Positions 55,694 through 64,000 of a stretch of DNA of 64,000 bases are shown piece after piece. The translations under genes were made by a program, and so were the position numbers. The stretch's first letter is position 1. Each line of letters opens with the position of its first letter. Origin of the DNA: Candidatus Nomurabacteria bacterium (lineage in GTDB: Bacteria; Patescibacteriota; Saccharimonadia; Saccharimonadales; Saccharimonadaceae). Under the pieces are notes generated by a model, which worked only from the letters and a program-made list of their open reading frames with translations, had not been told where the DNA came from and made no database searches. Location: positions 13,949-77,948 of the forward strand of contig JACKGP010000003.1 of assembly GCA_020631935.1 (NCBI GenBank), given 5' to 3'.

Positions 55694-56425
55694 ATGTCAA
55701 AAAGACAAACATCCCTTTACTGTTTCTCGCCGCCAGTAATGCTTGCGACTTTTATGATTGAAATCATAGGTGCGCTCTACATACTATGGCGCTACAAACT
55801 TACTGCAACCAGCCGCCTTATAGTTTCAATCCTTATTTGCTTGGCCGCTTTTCAAGGCGCAGAGTACATGCTATGTGGTGGAATGGGTGTAACGGGTGGC
55901 CGCTGGAGCCAACTTGGCTATAGTGCTATTACATTGCTGCCGCCACTTGGAATTCATCTAGCAATGACTCTTGCGAAAAAGAAGAATGTTGCCCTACTAA
56001 CTGCAGCCTACGGATCTGCTGTGTTTTTTGTTGGCTACTTTACTTTTTACACAGCCGCGATAAGCGGCCACACATGCTATGCAAACTACGTAGTGTTCGA
56101 TGGATCACAGAGTGTAATTCCAATGATCGCCTATGCCGCGTACTACTATGGATGGCTAATCGTCGGAACCGGCCTTCCGCTATATTTCGCTAGCCAAAAA
56201 AAGCTACGCAAGGTGCGTCCAGCGCTCCACGCGCTTGCCGCTGGTTACGCAGCTTTTATCGTTCCGACCACTGCTATTAACATCGCTGATCCATCGACCG
56301 TAGCTGGAATACCGTCGATTATGTGTGGCTTTGCGGTACTTTTAGCCTTAGTTTTAATCGCAAAAGTGGCGCCAGAGAGTCTGTATGTTAAAAACTCGCC
56401 CCGCAGTCTTCGTATACGATACTAA
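55694..56425 (+). CDS. polytopic membrane protein, hypothetical
   Basis: 243 aa with about 7 TM helices. The ATG lies 8 nt after TGaTATACT. No recognisable motif. Confidence 0.5.
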   Translation: MSKRQTSLYCFSPPVMLATFMIEIIGALYILWRYKLTATSRLIVSILICLAAFQGAEYMLCGGMGVTGGRWSQLGYSAITLLPPLGIHLAMTLAKKKNVALLTAAYGSAVFFVGYFTFYTAAISGHTCYANYVVFDGSQSVIPMIAYAAYYYGWLIVGTGLPLYFASQKKLRKVRPALHALAAGYAAFIVPTTAINIADPSTVAGIPSIMCGFAVLLALVLIAKVAPESLYVKNSPRSLRIRY

Positions 56426-56432
56426 TTGCTAG

Positions 56433-57665
56433 CTATGTCTGAAGTTTTGTCGAGTTCTTGCCAATACTTCTAAAGAATAATACCCAGAAATATTCAATGC
56501 TATACTTGTAGTCATAGCGACGCCAAAGAGTTGCCAGAATCAGCCACAGGATTAAATTAACAATCCCAAGCAGCGCACACCATACCAGAGATTCATCCCA
56601 GCTAGAATTAATTTTGAAGAATACAGGCCTCAACAGCTCCGAAGTCAGCGTCTCTAGCATATAAACTGTTAGACTTATGCGGCTCATAGAAATAATTGTG
56701 GCACTCCATTTCGAGTTTGACCTCGATTTCATTTTTGATTTATTAATTATTGATAGAGCTATAAGACTAAACATTATCACAAATAAGCCAGCCTCTAATA
56801 GCACCTTAAAGTACCAAAACCAGCTAGCTCCAAAAAAACTAGGTTGATTTAACACCACACCAGCCCCACCGATAGCCGCAAGCGCAAACCCAAGTGGAAT
56901 CATATAATTACGCAAGTGATCTTTCTTTTTGTAGTAAACCATCATCCCAATCGCAGCGCCAATAAAACCGTACGCCAAATACGCAATACCAGGGTATGGA
57001 TCCGCAATAAACAAACTACCTAGCATGGAGCCCAGCCAGTCACTCGACCTTAGTGTGTCCAACCAATCGCCGTACAGATAAATGCGAAGGAAAGAAAGTA
57101 GGGCAATCATGACGCCGGTTATTGCCAGAAAAGAGTAGTTGATAGGCCTATCTCGCCCACCACTCTCACGAATAATCAAGTAGACAAAAATAGGTACGAT
57201 AAGCAAACTTAGACCAATAGTCTTTATGCCCGATCCGGTCAGCAGCTTTTCGAAATGAACACTAACCTCTTGACCTCTAAGTGTCTCTGCTATAACGGTC
57301 AAATCAATCGGCGGATACGCACCGAGCGACCACCGCCCAAGAAACAGAGTCTGTATGGTGCCTATCAGTAAAATATATATAGCTCCGGAAAGCACCAGGT
57401 AGCCGATAGTCCGACCTAAACCGGCACCAGCCTTGTGTTTTCTCAAAATACTCACAGTATTAACAATCAACGAATAGAATATGAACACGCCACCCCAAAG
57501 TCCTGCAGCGCCAAGGGCGAGAACAAATAAGGGCAGCTCAGCGATATTTAAATCCTTAAACTTCGCATAATTGTATATAGAAGCATGTATGAAAACAACG
57601 TACATGATGCTAATACCCCTTATGAGGTCAAGGGCTCGATAGCGCACCTCTTGTACTTTAGTCAT
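56433..57665 (-). CDS. polytopic membrane protein, acyltransferase-3/DUF1624-like
   Basis: 410 aa. The N-terminal RYRALDLIRGISIMYVVFIHA resembles the acyltransferase-3/DUF1624 entry motif. It starts 4 nt after the pilin gene stop. Confidence 0.4.
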   Translation of the reverse strand: MTKVQEVRYRALDLIRGISIMYVVFIHASIYNYAKFKDLNIAELPLFVLALGAAGLWGGVFIFYSLIVNTVSILRKHKAGAGLGRTIGYLVLSGAIYILLIGTIQTLFLGRWSLGAYPPIDLTVIAETLRGQEVSVHFEKLLTGSGIKTIGLSLLIVPIFVYLIIRESGGRDRPINYSFLAITGVMIALLSFLRIYLYGDWLDTLRSSDWLGSMLGSLFIADPYPGIAYLAYGFIGAAIGMMVYYKKKDHLRNYMIPLGFALAAIGGAGVVLNQPSFFGASWFWYFKVLLEAGLFVIMFSLIALSIINKSKMKSRSNSKWSATIISMSRISLTVYMLETLTSELLRPVFFKINSSWDESLVWCALLGIVNLILWLILATLWRRYDYKYSIEYFWVLFFRSIGKNSTKLQT

Positions 57666-57668
57666 ATC

Positions 57669-58178
57669 CTATTGGGAATAGCCAATACCACTCGGGCAAG
57701 TATACTCTTTACTGCCTCCAGATGATGAATAGTCCGCAGCTAACGTACACTCTTCTTTCGTAACCTCTCCGGTATGATCGATACTATATGCCCACCTGCC
57801 TTTGCCGATAAACAAGTAGAACTGGTCACTGCCGGGGGAGCTTCCTCCGTAACCTGCCAATGCCCCATTTCCCACTATCGGACAGTAGTTACCGCTGCTA
57901 TCCACCTCTCCCGGCTCTACACCGAATGCATCTTGGCAGCTATAGCCATTGCCCAGTGCACTAGATGGTTCAGGAAACTGCCCATTCGCAGCCTTATATT
58001 CCAGCAGCTTCTTTCTATTGTTAGTCAAGTCTACCCTGACAGATGCCTCATCCGCACGGTCTCTAATTCCGTTATATGAAACTACTGTTAAAGAGGCTAA
58101 TACCGCTATCACTACAATCACTATTAGGAGCTCCACAATAGTGAATGCACTGCGATAGTCTGTTCTAGAATTTATCAT
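57669..58178 (-). CDS. type IV pilin paralog 1
   Basis: MINSRTDYRSA/FTIVELLIVIVVIAVLA is a prepilin leader with Glu+5. The C-terminal domain has 4 Cys. Confidence 0.8.
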   Translation of the reverse strand: MINSRTDYRSAFTIVELLIVIVVIAVLASLTVVSYNGIRDRADEASVRVDLTNNRKKLLEYKAANGQFPEPSSALGNGYSCQDAFGVEPGEVDSSGNYCPIVGNGALAGYGGSSPGSDQFYLFIGKGRWAYSIDHTGEVTKEECTLAADYSSSGGSKEYTCPSGIGYSQ

Positions 58179-58240
58179 TTCGCTTATGATTATACTACAC
58201 TCGAGTAATTTTTGGACTACTTACCATGCAATAAATCAAG

Positions 58241-58753
58241 CTACTGCGAGTAGAGTGCGTTGTTTGAACTACATTGATATACTTTTGAATACCCAGTAAA
58301 AGCCGGAGGAGTTGAGACTTCAGAGCACTGCTCTTTGGTTATGGTGCCATCATCAGAAATAGTGTATCCGTACAGGCCCTTTCCTATGGTAAGCTTAAAG
58401 TTTTGTCTTGTATTACTAGTGACTCCGCTCGGGTGGTATGCTGCAAACGCTCCATTGCTGGCAATAGGACAATATATACTGCCGCTTACATCTCCCGGAT
58501 TGCCGGACTGACACTTGCCTTCAGATCGGGTGTAGGTAAAAGTCGGAGGAAACTCGCCGTTAATAGCCTTGTATTCAAGTAGCTTCTTTCGATTATTCAC
58601 TAAATCCGACCTAATCGCCGCATCATTTGCACGATCCCTGATTCCGTTATACGACACCACGGCCATAGCAGCTAGTATTGCTATGACTACAATCACCACA
58701 AGAAGCTCTACGATTGTAAATGCACTGCGGTAATTCGATCTAGAACTTATCAT
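58241..58753 (-). CDS. type IV pilin paralog 2
   Basis: MISSRSNYRSA/FTIVELLVVIVVIAILA. The first ~65 aa are nearly identical to paralog 1, the C-terminal domain is divergent, and both end in YSQ. Confidence 0.8.
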   Translation of the reverse strand: MISSRSNYRSAFTIVELLVVIVVIAILAAMAVVSYNGIRDRANDAAIRSDLVNNRKKLLEYKAINGEFPPTFTYTRSEGKCQSGNPGDVSGSIYCPIASNGAFAAYHPSGVTSNTRQNFKLTIGKGLYGYTISDDGTITKEQCSEVSTPPAFTGYSKVYQCSSNNALYSQ

Positions 58754-58786
58754 TTCGTTTATGATTATACTGCATAAGGCATATAT

Positions 58787-58815
58787 AATAAACCGCCCCC
58801 TGGGGACGGTTTATT
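58787..58815 (-). terminator. intrinsic terminator after rpsG
   Basis: AATAAACCGCCCC / GGGGACGGTTTATT hairpin about 20 nt downstream of the rpsG stop. Confidence 0.65.
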
Positions 58816-58836
58816 AAGTAGCCTGTGATATAGCCT

Positions 58837-59316
58837 TTAGCTACGTGCGAAGTGAGCAAACGCTCGGTTAGCCTCGGCCATTTTGTGCGTATCTTCTTTC
58901 TTCTTGAAGGCGGCACCAGCTTCGTTGTATGCATCTACAATCTCAGACGCTAAACGCTTCTGATACGGCATACCGGAGCGGGCTCGAGCGCCCTCAACCA
59001 ACCACGTGTAGGCATAGTGTAGCTGGCGGTGACCGGAAACTGGAAATGGAATCTGGTAATTTGCACCACCGACACGGCGACTTTTCACTTCAAAACTTGG
59101 ACTAACGTTTTTCAAAGCTTTTTCAAAAACCTCTAGCGGGTCTTCGCTCTTTAGCTTCTTGGCAGCCTCTTCCAGGGCGCCGTAAACTGCGCGCTCAGCA
59201 ACAAGCTTCTTGCCGTCTAGCATAGATTTGTTTATGAGACGTTGTACCAACACACTCTGATATTTGCGGTCTGGCTTTAGCTCGCGCTGGAGCTTTTTAG
59301 TAACTTTTCGTGGCAT
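58837..59316 (-). CDS. rpsG: ribosomal protein uS7
   Basis: 159 aa. [19 protein letters not shown]... Confidence 0.95.
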   Translation of the reverse strand: MPRKVTKKLQRELKPDRKYQSVLVQRLINKSMLDGKKLVAERAVYGALEEAAKKLKSEDPLEVFEKALKNVSPSFEVKSRRVGGANYQIPFPVSGHRQLHYAYTWLVEGARARSGMPYQKRLASEIVDAYNEAGAAFKKKEDTHKMAEANRAFAHFARS

Positions 59317-59729
59317 TACTTAGACTCCTTCTTTGCACCGTACTTTGAACGGCCTTGCTTACGCTTCGCAACACCCTGAAGGTCTAGGGCACCACGAACA
59401 ATGTGGTAGCGTACACCAGGAAGATCTGGCACGCGACCGCCGCGAACTAGCACAACTGCGTGTTCTTGGAGGTTGTGACCTTCACCGCCAATATACGCCC
59501 AAACTTCTTCCTTGTTTGTTAGTCGAACACGGGCAACTTTACGAAGGGCCGAGTTTGGCTTTTTTGGTGTTTTAGTGGTTACCTTAATACAAACACCACG
59601 ACGAAGCGGTGCATTCTGCTCGTAGTAACGAGTCTTTAGTGCATTGTGAATTTTACCAAGCGCTGGAGACTTGCTCTTTTTAGCAGCAATCTTGCGTGGC
59701 TTACGCACCAATTGATTAACTGTTGGCAT
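59316..59729 (-). CDS. rpsL: ribosomal protein uS12
   Basis: 137 aa. [13 protein letters not shown]...[17 protein letters not shown]. Confidence 0.97.
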   Translation of the reverse strand: MPTVNQLVRKPRKIAAKKSKSPALGKIHNALKTRYYEQNAPLRRGVCIKVTTKTPKKPNSALRKVARVRLTNKEEVWAYIGGEGHNLQEHAVVLVRGGRVPDLPGVRYHIVRGALDLQGVAKRKQGRSKYGAKKESK

Positions 59730-59925
59730 AGAAAACCTATACTCCTAATTAGACTTAAATTTAATTGATTTTACTGATGGCGAGCAGCAAACTCACATTC
59801 AGTATGGATTTTTACCTTTATCTTTTCAAGATGTTGTACACTCACCTCAAAAATAAAGACAGGAAACTCTTTCAATCTATATTATAGCAGCTTAAAGGCG
59901 TATACACAACCTGTTTCCAAAGAAC

Positions 59926-59957
59926 CAAGCACTCGCCTTCACGCTGGCGAGTGCTTG
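59926..59957 (-). terminator. intrinsic terminator after rpoC
   Basis: A 12-bp stem CAAGCACTCGCC / GGCGAGTGCTTG about 20 nt downstream of the rpoC stop. Confidence 0.7.
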
Positions 59958-59977
59958 ATATGAACTAAGTCTGGTGA

Positions 59978-62900
59978 CTAAGCAAAGTCGACAGACTCGT
60001 CGAAGACCGACTCTGCCTCTTCATCAGAAGGAGCCTCTTCTTTCGTCTCCACTCCAGTTCCAACAGGTATCTTGCGTCCAATGATCACGTTCTCTTTTAG
60101 ACCGTTCAAATGATCAGCACGACCAGATGTAGCGGCGTTAATTAGAACACGTGTTGTGTCTTGGAATGATGCGGCCGATAGCCAACTGTCACTCCAGATA
60201 GAAACCTTGGTAATTCCTAGTAGCAACTGAGTGTACTGGATTAGCTCTTTACCGTCTTTGGCTAGCTCTTCGTTGGCATCGACTACCGCAGCCTTGCTAA
60301 CGATATCGCCAGTAACAAATTCGCTACTACCAGCGTCCTCTATTTGAACACGGCTGAACATTTGACGCACAATCACCTCTAGGTGCTTATCGGCAACGTC
60401 CTGACCCTGAGCAGCGTAAATACGCAGAACCTCGTTAATGATGTAGCGCTGAGTAGCTTCAGTACCCTTTAGGCGCATCAAATCATGGAGATTTAATGAA
60501 CCAAGAGTTAGTCTGTCTCCAGCCTCAACAACGTCGCCTGCGTTCACTACAGGCTGCATTGTGCCTGGAATTTCATAACGCTGCGGAGCGCCAGCGTTTG
60601 CCGCCACTAGCACAGTGTCATCAGTAAATTCCACCACTCCATCAAAAGGAGCAACTAGCGGTTTAGTACCTTCATCTCCAGCTGCAATAACATCACCAAC
60701 CTTTACATTGCTACCCGCTTTCACGCTTGGCTTTCGTCCGTCTAGGTCAATTCGTTCAACACTTCCAGATTCAGGGGTAACTTGGACAACGTAATTGCTG
60801 CCATCTTCCCATAGGTCAACAAGACCAGAGACTTCGCTCATGTACGCTTGGCCTTTTGGTGTGCGAGCTTCAAACAGCTCTTCAACACGCGGTAGACCCT
60901 GAGTAATGTCACCACCCGCTACACCTGATGCGTGGAAAGTACGTAGTGTTAGCTGCGTACCTGGTTCACCAACTGACTGCGCCGCAATAACACCAACAGG
61001 CTGAGCTGCAGCTACCAAATAACCTGTTGCCATATCAACACCGTAGCTCTTCTGTGGAATACCACGCAAGTTCTTTGTGCTCAGAATACTCTGAATCTTT
61101 ACTTCCGTAATATCCTCATCGGCTTCAATTGCATCAGCTATATCACGAGTAATCAATTCGTCCTTCTTTACATATCCAGGTATGTCTGCAGCAGCGAAAC
61201 GACCAGCTAGTCGGTTTGAAAAATCGATCATAGTGTCTTCCGACTCGCTTCGGTAGATTGCATAACCATCATCATCCCCCGGTTCGTCAGCTACTGTAAA
61301 TACATCCTGACTCACGTCGACAAGCCGTCTTGTTAGGTATCCAGAGTCGGCTGTCTTTAGGGCTGTGTCAATTAGTCCCTTACGAGCACCTCGTGTTGCC
61401 ACGAACGCCTCAAGGCTTGATAGACCTTCTTTGTACGAGCTACGGATTGGTAGCTCAATTTCACGGTTTGCCGCATCCACCTGAATACCAATCATCGCGC
61501 TTGCAAGCTTGACATTTGATATATCACCACGCGCACCAGAGTTAACCATCACAGAAATACTGGTGTCGATATGTGTTAGTTGATCAAGCAAGAATGACTC
61601 GACTTTACTGTCGACGCCCCGCCAGTTAGAAATCGTGAGGTTGTATCGTTCTTCGTCAGTAATCAAACCTTGATCGTACTGATCAGAGATTAGAGCTTCT
61701 TTTGCGTCACCCTCGGCAACAAACTCGTCAATCTCGTCAAAGTGAACATAGTCGTCTTTACCAGTAGAAACCGCACCAACGGTTGCAAATCTAAACGCCA
61801 AGCCCTTCATTCGGTCGGCAGTACGAGCTGTTTCTTCGGCACCATATTTTAGGAAAACGCGAGCCAAAACCTTCTTTAGCTGCTTTTTGCTCTGTACGCT
61901 GTTGTCATACGGGAAGCCTTCTGGGAGTATCTCGTTAAAGAATACGCGGCCAAGTGTGGTTTCACGAATTCCGCCATCAACTAGGATGCGAATAGGCGCC
62001 TGAAGCTCAAGCTTTCCGTCGTCATAAGCCATTTCAGCCTCGTAAACAGAGCTGTAGGTCTTAATATCCTTAGTCTGAGCAGCTGGTTTTTCGTAAGTCA
62101 GATAGTAGTTACCCAACACAACGTCCTGTCCTATGTTTAGGACTGGCGCGCCATCAGCTGGCTTTAGTAGGTTGTTTGTTGCGCTCATTAGTTCGCGTGC
62201 TTCACGTTGAGCCTCTTCTGAAAGTGGTAAGTGAACAGCCATCTGGTCACCGTCGTAGTCGGCGTTGAATCCGTTGGCTACGAGAGGGTGAAGTTGTATC
62301 GCCTTTCCTTCAACCAATACTGGCTGGAAAGCCTGAATTGATAGACGGTGCAAGCTTGGCGCACGGTTTAGTAGTACGTAACGACCCTCGATAACAGCAT
62401 CTAAAGCGTCCCACACAACAGCCTCTCCAGCTTCTATTAAGCGTGTGGCTGAACGTATATTGTGTGCGTACTCGCCACGAATTAGCCAGCTAATTATAAA
62501 CGGCTTGAATAGCTCTAGGGCCATTTGCTTTGGTAGACCACATTGGTGAATCTTTAGCTTTGGACCAACCACGATTACTGAACGACCCGAGTAGTCCACA
62601 CGCTTACCGAGTAGGTTCTGACGGAAACGTCCCTGCTTACCCTTTAGCATGTCGCTCAAGCTCTTTAGTCGGCGTCGACCACCAGTTGCGTTTACCGCTC
62701 GGCCGCCGCGTGCAGCCGAATTGTCTACTAGCGCATCAACAGCCTCTTGAAGCATTCGCATTTCATTGCGACGAATTACTTCTGGAGCCCTTAGGTCAAC
62801 GAGCTTTTTAAGACGGTTATTTCGGTTAATCACACGACGATATAGGTCATTTAGGTCAGAAGTTGCAAACCGACCACCAGTTAGCTGCACCATAGGACGA

Positions 62901-63814
62901 AGATCCGGTGGAATAACAGGTAGTACAGTCATAGTTAGGCTACTAGGCTTAATTCCAGCTGCGTGCATACCTTCTAGAACTTTTAGCCGCTTTAGAAGTT
63001 TCTTTTCACGCTGTCCCTTGGCGCCTTCAGCCTCTTCCCGTAATGTTTCAATCAAAGCAGGTAGATCCACCTCATCAAGAAGTGCCTTCAGGGCTGTTCC
63101 ACCCATGCCAACCTCTATTAGCTCTTCGTACTCTTCTGGAAGATTACGGAAGTCGTTTTCAGAGATTAGTGCGCCCTTGCTTAGGCCATCTAGCTGATTC
63201 TTTCGTAGAGTAAAGCGCTCTTCTAGCTCTTCGATTTCGCGAGTCTGGGCTTTTGCAAGTTCCTTTACATCAGCACCCTCCGCCTCAGCATCCTTTTCGT
63301 AGCGCATTTTGATAGCGGCACGTCCAGCTTCGGTTTCAGCCTCAAGATCTGTCAACATTTGATCGCGTTTTTCGGTATCAACCTTTAGGATGACGTAAGT
63401 AGCAAAATAAGCTATGCGCTCCAAGTTGCGAACAGTTATGCCAAGCAACAGACCCATAGCACTCGGAGTGCCTCGCATAAACCAAATGTGCGCAACTGGT
63501 GCAGCTAGGTTTATGTGACCCATTCGTTCACGTCGGACAACTGATTTTGTAACCAACTCTCCATTTTTATCAATAGCAGCCTCACGCGATCGAACACCCT
63601 TGAGCTTGCTATCGTGTGGGTTTATGTCTTTTACCGGTCCGAATATCCGCTCACAGAACAAACCATCTCGTTCTGGCTTCTGAGTACGATAGTTAATAGT
63701 TTCCGGTTTAGTAACCTCACCGTGGCTCCAGCGCAGAATATCTTCTGGGCTAGCTACGGCTAGGCGAACAGCATCAAAGTCAGCGATGCCTGTAGTTTGT
63801 ACGACGCGTGACAT
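59978..63814 (-). CDS. rpoC: DNA-directed RNA polymerase subunit beta'
   Basis: Start set at MSRVVQTT (GGAGGAGG SD). It carries the NADYDGD catalytic motif. The ORF track extends it to 63859. Confidence 0.97.
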   Translation of the reverse strand: MSRVVQTTGIADFDAVRLAVASPEDILRWSHGEVTKPETINYRTQKPERDGLFCERIFGPVKDINPHDSKLKGVRSREAAIDKNGELVTKSVVRRERMGHINLAAPVAHIWFMRGTPSAMGLLLGITVRNLERIAYFATYVILKVDTEKRDQMLTDLEAETEAGRAAIKMRYEKDAEAEGADVKELAKAQTREIEELEERFTLRKNQLDGLSKGALISENDFRNLPEEYEELIEVGMGGTALKALLDEVDLPALIETLREEAEGAKGQREKKLLKRLKVLEGMHAAGIKPSSLTMTVLPVIPPDLRPMVQLTGGRFATSDLNDLYRRVINRNNRLKKLVDLRAPEVIRRNEMRMLQEAVDALVDNSAARGGRAVNATGGRRRLKSLSDMLKGKQGRFRQNLLGKRVDYSGRSVIVVGPKLKIHQCGLPKQMALELFKPFIISWLIRGEYAHNIRSATRLIEAGEAVVWDALDAVIEGRYVLLNRAPSLHRLSIQAFQPVLVEGKAIQLHPLVANGFNADYDGDQMAVHLPLSEEAQREARELMSATNNLLKPADGAPVLNIGQDVVLGNYYLTYEKPAAQTKDIKTYSSVYEAEMAYDDGKLELQAPIRILVDGGIRETTLGRVFFNEILPEGFPYDNSVQSKKQLKKVLARVFLKYGAEETARTADRMKGLAFRFATVGAVSTGKDDYVHFDEIDEFVAEGDAKEALISDQYDQGLITDEERYNLTISNWRGVDSKVESFLLDQLTHIDTSISVMVNSGARGDISNVKLASAMIGIQVDAANREIELPIRSSYKEGLSSLEAFVATRGARKGLIDTALKTADSGYLTRRLVDVSQDVFTVADEPGDDDGYAIYRSESEDTMIDFSNRLAGRFAAADIPGYVKKDELITRDIADAIEADEDITEVKIQSILSTKNLRGIPQKSYGVDMATGYLVAAAQPVGVIAAQSVGEPGTQLTLRTFHASGVAGGDITQGLPRVEELFEARTPKGQAYMSEVSGLVDLWEDGSNYVVQVTPESGSVERIDLDGRKPSVKAGSNVKVGDVIAAGDEGTKPLVAPFDGVVEFTDDTVLVAANAGAPQRYEIPGTMQPVVNAGDVVEAGDRLTLGSLNLHDLMRLKGTEATQRYIINEVLRIYAAQGQDVADKHLEVIVRQMFSRVQIEDAGSSEFVTGDIVSKAAVVDANEELAKDGKELIQYTQLLLGITKVSIWSDSWLSAASFQDTTRVLINAATSGRADHLNGLKENVIIGRKIPVGTGVETKEEAPSDEEAESVFDESVDFA

Positions 63815-63815
63815 A

Positions 63816-64000
63816 TTACGCCTCCTCCTTTGCTTCTTCTTGATCAAACTCTTGGGCAATTTCGACGCTCATGCCATCTTCTTCAAGATCAATACCGTCG
63901 GCTTCGTCCATTACAGCCTCGTCATCTTTAGTAGTAACGACACCATCTACTGGTACAGTCTTATCCTCTGGGCCACTCTCGGCAATTACGTCTTCGGCGT
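63816..64000 (-). CDS. rpoB: DNA-directed RNA polymerase subunit beta, C-terminal acidic tail (partial, runs off window)
   Basis: The minus-strand frame is open to the window edge, ending ...MSVEIAQEFDQEEAKEEA then TAA, 1 nt before the rpoC ATG. Position is the main evidence. Confidence 0.6.
   Translation of the reverse strand, partial: AEDVIAESGPEDKTVPVDGVVTTKDDEAVMDEADGIDLEEDGMSVEIAQEFDQEEAKEEA

Noticed and set aside
1-64000. CRISPR arrays, rRNA genes, transposases, integrases, or recognisable defence systems (restriction-modification, Cas, abortive-infection modules).
   Set aside because: None was seen on either strand. The only repeats are the tRNA-end family, the pilin tandem duplication and isolated hairpins.

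Overview
This window is a moderately AT-rich bacterial chromosome segment with almost all core genes on the minus strand. Read along the minus strand (right to left) it carries a nearly complete translation and transcription super-cluster: rpoB (3' end)-rpoC, rpsL-rpsG, fusA, tuf, rpsJ, then the contiguous block rplC through rplO-secY. That is followed by infA-rpmJ-rpsM-rpsK-rpsD-rpoA-rplQ-rplM-rpsI, and further left by secE-nusG-rplK-rplA and rplJ-rplL. The conserved order is interrupted by accessory insertions. Two tandem type IV pilin paralogs and two polytopic membrane proteins lie between rpsG and fusA. ndh and ypfJ lie between fusA and tuf, and ldh lies between tuf and rpsJ. Two small membrane-protein genes lie between rpsJ and rplC, and a sortase sits where adk-map normally lie. 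Other modules:
- a thymidylate cluster (tdk, tmk, dcd-like, folA, thyA);
- a four-gene alpha-glucan operon (GT4, GH57, GH15 and an unknown gene);
- four tRNAs (Trp, Thr-GGU, Tyr, Thr-UGU);
- trpS, rluD-like, holB-like and yhhQ.
There is no room for L30 between S5 and L15. L36, L33 and S14 are all cysteine-less forms. Many genes have a -10 box only 6-10 nt from the start codon. Together with the pilins, sortase and LDH, this fits a CPR/Patescibacteria genome, most like Saccharibacteria (TM7); that placement is inference only. The most unusual region is 11.9-20.6 kb, downstream of tRNA-Trp. It is an accessory tract punctuated by four degenerate same-orientation copies of the tRNA-Trp 3' end. It holds at least four decayed genes (in-frame TGA, TAA and TAG stops plus a frameshift) and an abrupt ~330 bp high-GC segment encoding an 82-aa ORF with GC-rich third codon positions. 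No CRISPR array, rRNA, transposase or integrase was seen. All calls come from reading the translations and sequence by eye; no database search was possible.
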